Of a stretch of 42,203 nt of DNA, positions 9,378-17,056 are shown piece by piece. The stretch's first letter is position 1, and every line of letters begins with the position of its first letter. A program made the position numbers and the translations under genes. The stretch is from Candidatus Limnocylindrales bacterium (GTDB taxonomy: Bacteria; Chloroflexota; Limnocylindria; Limnocylindrales; CSP1-4). The notes under the pieces are model-generated. The model was not told the DNA's origin. It saw only the letters and a list, made by a program, of their open reading frames with translations, and did no database searches. The stretch lies in NCBI GenBank assembly GCA_035257225.1, contig DATEXG010000074.1, positions 1 to 42,203 of the forward strand, read 5' to 3'.

Positions 9378-9791
9378 CTAGAGGGCCCGCATGCGGTTGT
9401 TCTTGGGGTTGTGCTCCACCTCGGCCAATCCGAGCGCTTCCATGAGCGGCGGTACGTACATGCCGAACCGGCCGCGCAGGCCTTTCTTGAGGCCGTACCA
9501 ACCGCCGACGGGGTTCCCCGACGAGCGGCCCCAGCCTTCCACGGTGCCGTCGGCCGCGGGCTTCTGTTCGTCCGCGCTGCCGAGCGGCACCCAGTCGTCG
9601 CGCTCCTTGAGCATCGTATGGAGATCGTCCAGGCAGCGGAGCTGGTAGCGCAGAACCGTCGTGCCGACCGTGCAGACGAGGGCCGGCGGATCAGAGCTCT
9701 CGTCCCGGTACATCTCGTAGGCGGAGGTTCCGCTGGGCGTTTTGAGTTGCCACGGCCGGGCCGGCGTGCCGTCGCCTTCGACCTTGTCCAT
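9378..9791 (-). CDS. Conserved hypothetical protein (137 aa)
   Basis: ATG with GAGAGGA upstream and coding-like composition. Distinctive C-terminal block GNPVGGWYGLKKGLRGRFGMYVPPLMEALGLAEVEHNPKNNRMRAL, which I recall from uncharacterised bacterial proteins. No function known. Confidence 0.75.
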   Translation of the reverse strand: MDKVEGDGTPARPWQLKTPSGTSAYEMYRDESSDPPALVCTVGTTVLRYQLRCLDDLHTMLKERDDWVPLGSADEQKPAADGTVEGWGRSSGNPVGGWYGLKKGLRGRFGMYVPPLMEALGLAEVEHNPKNNRMRAL

Positions 9792-9957
9792 GTGTACTTC
9801 GTCCTCTCGCTCGACCGAATGTGCCTGCGATCGTAGCGACGGGCGGCCATGCGATCGCGCGCGGGACCACCCGACGCGACACGTGGTCGCGCGGCCGACT
9901 CACGCCGGTTGCGCGGACCGGCGGCGAGGCCCTAGGCCGAATCGGGCGGCCCGGCGC

Positions 9958-10962
9958 TCACCAGGGGAAGGTCAGCGCCGTGGCAGTCTGCGCCCCGCCC
10001 AGGAAGGGCAGCCCCCATGCCAGCTCGATCGTGCGAAGCATCGAGTAGTGGCTGGTCGGCGCGTCCTGGCGGGATCCGGGCGACATTCCCGGAGTGACGG
10101 CGATCGTGGCGACGCGGCCGCCGCCCTTGAGATTCGTCGCTCCCTCGTCCCAGGTGATGAAGAGGACCGAGTTCCCGAAGGCCGCGCTGCCCGTGATCTC
10201 GGGTACGAAGGTTCGCAGGAAGACGTCTCCCGCTTCAGTCGAGCTGCTGTGCATGTCGTTGATCTGGTTTGGAGCGATGAACTCGAAGTTCGCGGCTGCG
10301 GGGTCGAACCCGGCCAACCCGGTGATGTTCGCGCAGCGAGTCGGGTTGCCGCTGATGGTCGTGTAGCTGATCGCGGGGTTGTGCTTGCGGGCGTACTCGC
10401 CGGCGGCGCCGGGCCCGTCGACCACCACGTTCGCGACCGAGCCCTGGAAGCACTTCCCGGGGTAGCCCTGAGCGTACACGTGCCAGGTCCGGCCGGAGGC
10501 GTCGATCTGGTCGAAGAGGTTCGGGACGGTCAGGTCGTAGGCGCCGTCGCTGCTCGTGCCCTGAAGACCGCCCGAGGTGAGGGCGATGTAGTTGGGCTCA
10601 GACGGGTGAGTCTCGGCGTAGAACTGGGTGGCCAGGCCATACCGGGCGATCAGCGAGTTGAGATACGGCGCCGAACTCGAGCCGACGATGCTCGAGTACT
10701 CCTTGTTCTCCATGACGATCACGTAGACGTGGCGGAAGTTCGGCACGCCGGTCCCGGTGGGAGAGGGTGCCGGCGTAGGCGCCGGGAGCGAGGCCGTGGA
10801 GCCGAGCGTCGGAGCCGAGCTCGGCGATCCCGCGAGTTCAGAGGGAGTCGGGCTCGCGGTCGCTGCCGCGGACCCCGGCGCCGCCCCGCCGCCGCATGCG
10901 GACAGCGCGAAGGTGGCCAACAGCGCGCCGACCGCCAGCTTCATGACGAATCCACGGGACAT
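9958..10962 (-). CDS. Phosphoesterase-family lipoprotein (phospholipase C / acid phosphatase AcpA superfamily)
   Basis: HVYVIVMENKEYSSIVG...APYLNSL...THPSEPNYIALTSGG is typical of the Phosphoesterase family. ATG at 10962 with GGGGAG upstream. Signal peptide with lipobox LSAC. Confidence 0.85.
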   Translation of the reverse strand: MSRGFVMKLAVGALLATFALSACGGGAAPGSAAATASPTPSELAGSPSSAPTLGSTASLPAPTPAPSPTGTGVPNFRHVYVIVMENKEYSSIVGSSSAPYLNSLIARYGLATQFYAETHPSEPNYIALTSGGLQGTSSDGAYDLTVPNLFDQIDASGRTWHVYAQGYPGKCFQGSVANVVVDGPGAAGEYARKHNPAISYTTISGNPTRCANITGLAGFDPAAANFEFIAPNQINDMHSSSTEAGDVFLRTFVPEITGSAAFGNSVLFITWDEGATNLKGGGRVATIAVTPGMSPGSRQDAPTSHYSMLRTIELAWGLPFLGGAQTATALTFPW

Positions 10963-11002
10963 ACCAACGTCTCCCCTCGGGTCGGCCGCCGCCCGCACGC
11001 CG

Positions 11003-12661
11003 TTACTCGGCCGCCCTGGATGGCGTCCCGGCGGGCCCACGCGCGAGACCCGCCCTGGCCGCCTGTTCGGCGTGGAAGTGCGCACGCAGCGGCTTCTCTT
11101 TCAGTGCCAGGGTCGTCACGAACGCCAGCGCGGCCGCGCCCACGCCCACCCACATCGAGTTGGCGAGGGCGATCGAGAAGGCCTCGTGGAAGCCGGAGAT
11201 GTAGAACCCGATGAGCTCCTTCGGCACGCCGGACAGCGCGTCCGCGGGCGTGCTGCCGACGGCCGTCAGGCTTCCCAGATCGAAGCCGGGGGGAGTCGTC
11301 ACGGGTACTGCCTTCGGGGGCGCTCCGGCTCCTACCACCGAGTCGTGGATCAGACCCCATGTGAGGTTGTCGCGGAAGAAGGTAAAAGCGACCGTGAGCC
11401 CGAGTGAAGTGCCGATCTGGCGGATGAGGGTCAGGTCGCTCGTGGCCGTGCCGAGCCGCGCGAAGGGCACGTCGTTCTGCACGATCAGGGTGAAGATCGC
11501 CATCGTCGGCCCGACGCCGAGACCGGCGATCAGCATCCAGGCCCACAGGGCGGGCGTGGAAGTATCGTCGCGCAGGTTCGTAAAGAGCGCCAGCCCGATG
11601 GTCAGGGTCGCCATGGCGAGCGCGAGCATGACTTTGTAGCGGCCGGTTCGACTGACGACCTGACCGGCCAGGATCGAGCTGAAGATCAGCCCGGCGAGGA
11701 AGGGGAATAGGTCGTACCCGGAAGCAGTCGGGCTTGCGCCCTGGACGACCTGGAACCACAACGGCAGGAAGATGATCAGTGTGGAGAAACCGAAGATGGC
11801 GAAGAGGGTCGCCACGGCCGAGACCGCAAAGGTCCGGTTCTTGAAGAGGTCGAGCGGGATTACCGGATCCTCGGCCCGCGTCTCCGCGACGAGGAATGCT
11901 GCAAGCGAGATCAGGCCGACGGCGAACCAGCCCAGGACTGCCGGATCGACCCAGCTGCTGGTCTCCGCCAGCGTCAGCGCGATAAGAGTCGGCACGATGG
12001 CAAGGGTGAGAAGAACGACACCGGGGACATCGAGCGTGAACCGGGCTCCGGCTGTTCGGACCGTGGGGAGCAGTCGCCCGATGAGGTACAGGGAGACGAA
12101 CCCGATCGGCACGTTGACGAAGAAGATCCAGTGCCACGAGATCTGTTCGGTGAGCAGGCCGCCGACGGCAGGTCCGACCAGGAAGGCGATCCCGAAGACA
12201 GCGCCGAAGAGGCCCTGATACTTGCCGCGCTCGGCCGGTGTGAAGAGGTCGCCGATTACCGCCAGCGAGATCGGGAAGAGCGCACCGGCGCCCAGCCCCT
12301 GAACGCCACGGAACAGGATCAGCTGCCACATCGTCTGGCTGATACCGGACAGGATCGAGCCGACCAGGAACAAGCAGATGCCCACCATCAGCATCGGCTT
12401 GCGGCCGTACAGGTCGGACATCTTGCCGTACACCGGGATTGCCGCGGTGCTCGTGACCAGGTATGCGGTCACGACCCAGGTGTAGAGGTCGATTCCGTTG
12501 AGATCTTTGGCGATCGTCGGCAACACGGGTCCGACGATCGTCTGGTCGAGCGCGCCGAGGAAGAGCGCGAGCAAGATCGCGCCGAGGATCTCGAACCGGG
12601 CCCGGGAGTCGACCTCAACCGCGGCATGAACCATCTCCTCCTGGCCGTTACCCGACGTCAT
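11003..12661 (-). CDS. MFS transporter, DHA2 (EmrB/QacA, 14-TMS) family
   Basis: ALDQTIVGPVLPTIAKDL, GKMSDLYGRKP, many hydrophobic spans, size about 550 aa. ATG at 12661 is preceded by AAGGAGAG. It lies 40 nt upstream of the phosphoesterase gene (likely an operon). Confidence 0.9.
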   Translation of the reverse strand: MTSGNGQEEMVHAAVEVDSRARFEILGAILLALFLGALDQTIVGPVLPTIAKDLNGIDLYTWVVTAYLVTSTAAIPVYGKMSDLYGRKPMLMVGICLFLVGSILSGISQTMWQLILFRGVQGLGAGALFPISLAVIGDLFTPAERGKYQGLFGAVFGIAFLVGPAVGGLLTEQISWHWIFFVNVPIGFVSLYLIGRLLPTVRTAGARFTLDVPGVVLLTLAIVPTLIALTLAETSSWVDPAVLGWFAVGLISLAAFLVAETRAEDPVIPLDLFKNRTFAVSAVATLFAIFGFSTLIIFLPLWFQVVQGASPTASGYDLFPFLAGLIFSSILAGQVVSRTGRYKVMLALAMATLTIGLALFTNLRDDTSTPALWAWMLIAGLGVGPTMAIFTLIVQNDVPFARLGTATSDLTLIRQIGTSLGLTVAFTFFRDNLTWGLIHDSVVGAGAPPKAVPVTTPPGFDLGSLTAVGSTPADALSGVPKELIGFYISGFHEAFSIALANSMWVGVGAAALAFVTTLALKEKPLRAHFHAEQAARAGLARGPAGTPSRAAE

Positions 12662-12940
12662 TGGCTCTCCTTGCGCATGTGATCTCTCTGCGTCCGGCCA
12701 ATCACCAGGGTGAAGTCGGCTTGTAACGGACAGTTGAAGATGCTCTCGAGAATCATGTGGAGCGGGGCATAGGTTAAGACAGAAGCGGGAATCCGTCGCG
12801 CGGCCGTCCAGTCGGTGGCGTCCTGCGGGCCCGCCGTTCGCACATCGACCCATCTTGGATTGGGGAGTGGAACAGGCGCGCGCCGGGCAACGCTCAGCGG
12901 ATTCGCCGAGCCCAGACCTCGATCAGGGCCGGGTCCGACT

Positions 12941-13813
12941 TCAGACGAACGCGGCCGCGGCGTAGCCCACCGTCCGGCGAGGATCACCACCCGCGTCCGC
13001 GGAGGTCGCGGCGCCCAGGAGGATGCCGCGCACGGCGCCCAGCTCCGCCAGCGCGGCCAGGGTCACCCGGACCGGGTCGATGCCGCAGAGTCCGCAGACG
13101 AGCCCCGGCAGCTTGTCTCGCCGGAGCTTCGCGTCCACGCGGTTGAGAGCCTCGGCGTTCAATCGCAGGAGCGGTTCGAGAAGCTCCGCGTCGGCCACCT
13201 CGCAGACTCGAGCCGGCGGGTAGTGGGCCATGTCCGAACTGGCCACCAGGAGAATTCGCTCTCCGGCAGCGCGCCGCTTGGCCAGCAGCCGGCCCAGGAG
13301 GAGGCCGGCCTGAGCATGAGCCCCAAGCCGCGGGCTGACTGCCAGCGGGACTATGCGCGCCGCCGGGCACGCCGCGGAGAGGAGCGGCAGCTGGACCTCG
13401 AGCGAGTGCTCTGTCAGATGCGCATCGGTGTCGGCCGCGAAGAAGGGTCCCAGGGCCGCGATACGGGTTGCCAGATCGTTGTCAATCGGCACCTCGCCGA
13501 GGGGAGTTCGCCAGGGGCCGCCGGTCCAGACGCCGACGCCTCGAGCCGAGGCCTGATGATCCGTCCCGGCCAGAACGATGGTCGCCGGCCCCATCTCCCC
13601 TGCCAGCGCCCAGCTCAGCGCCGCGACCGCGCCCGAGTAGACCAGCCCGGCATGCGGCACCAGCAGCCCGAGCACCGCCGAGGGCATGAGGTTCGCGGGT
13701 CTGGGCGTCCGCCTTGCCGCGGTCATCAGCTCCTCGACCATGGCTCGGAGCCGGGCCGGGTCCGCCGGGTAGAAGCTTCCGGCCACGGCCGGAGCCCGGG
13801 ACTCGCCGCTCAT
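12941..13813 (-). CDS. amrB: AmmeMemoRadiSam system protein B (Memo-like)
   Basis: MSGESRAPAVAGSFYPADPARL..., LLVPHAGLVYSG, LTEHSLEVQLPLL, SSDMAHY and LCGIDPV are the Memo / AmmeMemoRadiSam-B signature blocks. Confidence 0.9.
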   Translation of the reverse strand: MSGESRAPAVAGSFYPADPARLRAMVEELMTAARRTPRPANLMPSAVLGLLVPHAGLVYSGAVAALSWALAGEMGPATIVLAGTDHQASARGVGVWTGGPWRTPLGEVPIDNDLATRIAALGPFFAADTDAHLTEHSLEVQLPLLSAACPAARIVPLAVSPRLGAHAQAGLLLGRLLAKRRAAGERILLVASSDMAHYPPARVCEVADAELLEPLLRLNAEALNRVDAKLRRDKLPGLVCGLCGIDPVRVTLAALAELGAVRGILLGAATSADAGGDPRRTVGYAAAAFV

Positions 13814-14892
13814 TGGACCGCCGCCGCGGCGTCGAAGTCGACCAGGCCTACCCCAGCCAGGGCCCGGCCGCAGCGCACGCATCGGCCCTCGGCCAGCCCC
13901 GCTCGGGATGCCCGGAATCCCCGGCGCCGGATCAGAGTCGCGCCGCATCCGGCACAGCACGTGTCCTGGTCGCCATCGTCCACATTGCCTGAATAGACGT
14001 GGCGCAGTCCGGCGGCCCGCCCGATCTCCACGGTCCGCTCCACGGTCGCCGCCGGAGTCGGGTCCAGATCGGTGAGGCGGTAGGTCGGGAAGAAGCGGCT
14101 GACATGCCAGGGCGTCTCCGGCCCGAGCTCGGCCGCGATCCAGCGGGCCAGCGCGTCGAGTCCGTCCGGGTCGTCGTTCAGGCCCGGGATCAGGAGCGTC
14201 GTCACCTCCACCCAGATGCCGCGTTGGCGCATCCCCACGAGAGCGGCCAGGATCGGGGCCAGGCGTGCGCCACACACCTTCCGGTAGAAGCCGTCGTCGA
14301 ACGACTTGAGATCGACGTTTGCGGCCGCGATCAGTGGGCCCAGCAGGTCGAGTGCCTCCGGTGTCTGGTAGCCGTTCGTTACCAGAAGGTTGGCAAGGCC
14401 GGCCTCGGCGGCCAGCCGAGCGGTGTCGAGCACGTACTCGATGAAGATCGTCGGCTCCGTGTACGTGTAGGCGATGCTGCGCGATCCCGCAGCGCGAGCG
14501 GCGCTGACGACGTCTCTGGGCGCCAGGGCGAAGGACGGGGCGGCGAACCCGTCCCTGGCGGCCTGCGAGATGGCCCAGTTCTGGCAATGCAGGCAGTGGA
14601 AGTTGCAGCCACGGGTGGCGATCGAGTAGGCGACGCTGCCGGGGAATACGTGGAAGAGGGGCTTCTTCTCGATGGGGTCGGCGTTGGCCGCGACGGCGCG
14701 TCCGTATACGAGCGTGACCAGAGCACCGTCCCGATTCTCGCGGACGCGGCAGATCCCGGCCCGGCCGTTCCGGATCAGGCATCGGTGGGCGCAGGCGACG
14801 CACCGAACGGCGCCGTGCGGCTCGGGAAGGCCCAGCACGGCGAGCCTGGCTGAGTTGCCGGTGAGTGGATGAGTCGGCGCGAGCGGTGACAT
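13810..14892 (-). CDS. amrS: AmmeMemoRadiSam system radical SAM enzyme
   Basis: VRCVACAHRCLIRNGRAGICRVREN N-terminal Cys cluster plus the radical SAM CNFHCLHCQNW (CxxxCxxC) motif. The stop overlaps the amrB start as ATGA (13810-13813). Confidence 0.9.
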   Translation of the reverse strand: MSPLAPTHPLTGNSARLAVLGLPEPHGAVRCVACAHRCLIRNGRAGICRVRENRDGALVTLVYGRAVAANADPIEKKPLFHVFPGSVAYSIATRGCNFHCLHCQNWAISQAARDGFAAPSFALAPRDVVSAARAAGSRSIAYTYTEPTIFIEYVLDTARLAAEAGLANLLVTNGYQTPEALDLLGPLIAAANVDLKSFDDGFYRKVCGARLAPILAALVGMRQRGIWVEVTTLLIPGLNDDPDGLDALARWIAAELGPETPWHVSRFFPTYRLTDLDPTPAATVERTVEIGRAAGLRHVYSGNVDDGDQDTCCAGCGATLIRRRGFRASRAGLAEGRCVRCGRALAGVGLVDFDAAAAVQ

Positions 14893-15020
14893 TGGGGCGG
14901 ATACCTCGCGCCAGATGCTCGTCCCGAACCCGGACCCGGGAAAGGGCCGAACGGCCCGAGCGGGACGGCCCTTGGGCGAAGACCCGAGCGGCGACGCACC
15001 GGGCCCGATCAACCCGCGAG

Positions 15021-15731
15021 GTGGCGGCTGCCACACGGCACAAGCGACCATCAGGAGCAGCCTCCCCGAGAACGCGCCATTGGACTCTGGCGGCATCCCG
15101 CTCTGACGGTAGCCTGTGCTCGTCCAGCAGCGAGGCGACCACGAAACAGCTCGAACCGTCCGACCAGCGCCGGCTCCTCGACATCGCGCGCCGAGCCATT
15201 GAGGCGGCAGTCTGCCGCAGCCCGGATCCGGGGACATATGGCGGCGCTCCCTCGCCAGCCGTCGCCGAGTCCGCGGCGGCCTTCGTCACGCTCCGCGAGC
15301 AAGGTGAGCTGCGTGGCTGCATCGGCCTGATGCGCTTCGACGTCCCGCTCTGGATCAACGTCCGCGACGCCGCCGCGGCCGCGGCCCTGGACGACCCGCG
15401 GTTCCTCCCGGTCACCGAATCGGAGCTTGCTGCCCTCGAGGTGGAGGTGTCCGTTCTCGAGCCGCCGGCGGAGCTGCTCGACCCGGCCGCTTTCGAGGCA
15501 GGCCGGCACGGCATCGTCGTGGAGAAAGGCTTGCGCCGGGCATTGCTGCTGCCCCAGGTCGCCACGGAGATGGGCTGGGGCGCGGAGCAGATGCTCGACG
15601 CGGTCTGCCGGAAGGCCGGGCTCCCCGGGACCGCCTGGCGGGACAAGGAAACGCGGCTCTTCGTCTTCGAGTCGGTCTGTTTCGGCGAGAGGGAGCCTGC
15701 CGCCTCGTCGGACCCATCCCCCACGAGCTAG
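15021..15731 (+). CDS. amrA: AmmeMemoRadiSam system protein A (AMMECR1 domain)
   Basis: AAFVTLREQGELRGCIGL, DPRF, LEVEVSVL and GRHGIVVEKGLRRALLLPQVA are AMMECR1 signature blocks. The start is uncertain: GTG 15021 is the nearest canonical in-frame start, but coding-like GC3 begins only around 15114. Confidence 0.85.
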   Translation: MAAATRHKRPSGAASPRTRHWTLAASRSDGSLCSSSSEATTKQLEPSDQRRLLDIARRAIEAAVCRSPDPGTYGGAPSPAVAESAAAFVTLREQGELRGCIGLMRFDVPLWINVRDAAAAAALDDPRFLPVTESELAALEVEVSVLEPPAELLDPAAFEAGRHGIVVEKGLRRALLLPQVATEMGWGAEQMLDAVCRKAGLPGTAWRDKETRLFVFESVCFGEREPAASSDPSPTS

Positions 15732-15858
15732 AGAGCGGTTGCCCGCGGCCGGCTCAATCTCGACCAGACCGCTTCAGGTTTGATTCAGCATCCGGCACCA
15801 CCATGCGCTCATGTTCGATGCTGTCCAATCCAACGAAGGCGGCATCCAGGAGGTACGC

Positions 15859-16998
15859 ATGGCTCCCCAAACGCGGCGACGAATGACTGGCCGGTTCATC
15901 GTCCCGATCTTCTCTCTCCTCTTCGTCGGGGTCGTCGCCGCGGCCTGCGGTGCCTCGACCGGCATGTCCACGACCCTTGGACTCAAGGCGAGTGCAGCTG
16001 CGGCAGCGGTCGCGAATGCCAGCCCTACCGGCGCGGCCAACGTGCCGGCGGGTCTTCAACTGGCCACGCCGACGCCGACGCCGGCGCCCGTGACGGCCGT
16101 GAGCGGTTCGGCGGGCGCGCTCCAGGATCAGATGGTCAGCGTCATCCAGGCAGTCAAGCCTGAGGTCGTGCAGATCGAGACCAGCCAGGGCCTCGGCTCG
16201 GGCATCATCTACGACGCCAAGGGCGACATCGTCACCAACGCGCATGTCGTGGGAACCTCCACGACGTTCACCGTGACGCTGTCCAACGGTCACTCCTACC
16301 CCGGGAAGCTCGTCGGCACCTACGTTCCGGATGACATCGCGGTCATCAACATCAGCGCGACGGCCCTCACTCCGGCAACCTTCGGCGACTCATCCGCCCT
16401 GTCGGTCGGAGACTTCGTCCTGGCCATTGGCAATCCTCTCGGCCTGCAGTCGAGCGTCACCGAAGGAATCGTCAGCGCCCTGGGGCGGCAGGTCAGCGAG
16501 CCCAACGGCAACGCCCTCCCGGACGTGATCCAGACCAGCGCCGCGATCAACCCCGGCAATAGCGGAGGCGCCCTCGTGGACCTCCAGGGTGAGGTCGTGG
16601 GCATCCCGACTCTTGCCGCCACCGACGCTCAGCTCGGAGGCAGCGCGCCCGGGATCGGCTTTGCCATCTCGAGCAACCGGGCAAAAGTGATTGCCGATCA
16701 GCTCATCTCCGGCGGCAAGGTGACCAACTCCGGTCGCTCCTACATGGGCGTCACGCTGAGCGATGCCCCTAACGGCGCCCTGATCGTATCTGTGAAGCCT
16801 GGCGCCCCGGCGGCAACGGCGGGCATCGTGGCGGGTGACGTCATCGTCGCCGCCGACGGCACGCCGACCCCGGACAGCCAGACCCTCGTCGACCTCATGC
16901 TCACCCATCACCCGGGCGACGTCGTGAAGATGAGTGTTCAGCATCAGAACGGCACCAACACGACGATCAGCCTGACGCTCGGCCAGAATCCCGGCTGA
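15859..16998 (+). CDS. HtrA/DegP-family trypsin-like serine protease with C-terminal PDZ domain
   Basis: TNAHVV (His), DIAVI (Asp), GNSGGALVD (Ser), then a PDZ-like segment. ATG at 15859 with AGGAGG 5 nt upstream. N-terminal membrane anchor. Confidence 0.9.
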   Translation: MAPQTRRRMTGRFIVPIFSLLFVGVVAAACGASTGMSTTLGLKASAAAAAVANASPTGAANVPAGLQLATPTPTPAPVTAVSGSAGALQDQMVSVIQAVKPEVVQIETSQGLGSGIIYDAKGDIVTNAHVVGTSTTFTVTLSNGHSYPGKLVGTYVPDDIAVINISATALTPATFGDSSALSVGDFVLAIGNPLGLQSSVTEGIVSALGRQVSEPNGNALPDVIQTSAAINPGNSGGALVDLQGEVVGIPTLAATDAQLGGSAPGIGFAISSNRAKVIADQLISGGKVTNSGRSYMGVTLSDAPNGALIVSVKPGAPAATAGIVAGDVIVAADGTPTPDSQTLVDLMLTHHPGDVVKMSVQHQNGTNTTISLTLGQNPG

Positions 16999-17017
16999 GA
17001 CCAAGTCCGAAATCAAG

Positions 17018-17051
17018 CTGAGAGGCGGCCGGGAGACCGGTCGCCTCTCAG
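17018..17051. terminator. Bidirectional hairpin terminator between htrA-like (+) and the ABC-2 permease (-)
   Basis: Perfect 10-bp stem CTGAGAGGCG / CGCCTCTCAG with extra inner pairing, located between the stops at 16998 and 17057. Confidence 0.6.
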
Positions 17052-17056
17052 TATGT

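Noticed and set aside
12658-12756. 32-codon ORF (MILESIFNCPLQADFTLVIGRTQRDHMRKESQ) ending in an ATGA overlap with the first DHA2 MFS gene, paralleling the uORF at the second MFS gene
   Set aside because: There is no Shine-Dalgarno before its ATG and its GC3 is only intermediate. The overlap follows trivially from ATG-ACG at the MFS start. It is weaker than the 26807..26923 case, so I do not call it.
12941-15724. 927-aa ORF on the minus strand spanning the whole AmmeMemoRadiSam locus
   Set aside because: Only its last 290 codons (12941..13813) match a real family (Memo-like B). The upstream 630 or so codons are Arg/Pro/Gly/Ser-rich. They run out of frame through the radical SAM gene and antisense to the AMMECR1 gene. 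This is a typical stop-poor artefact of GC-rich DNA.
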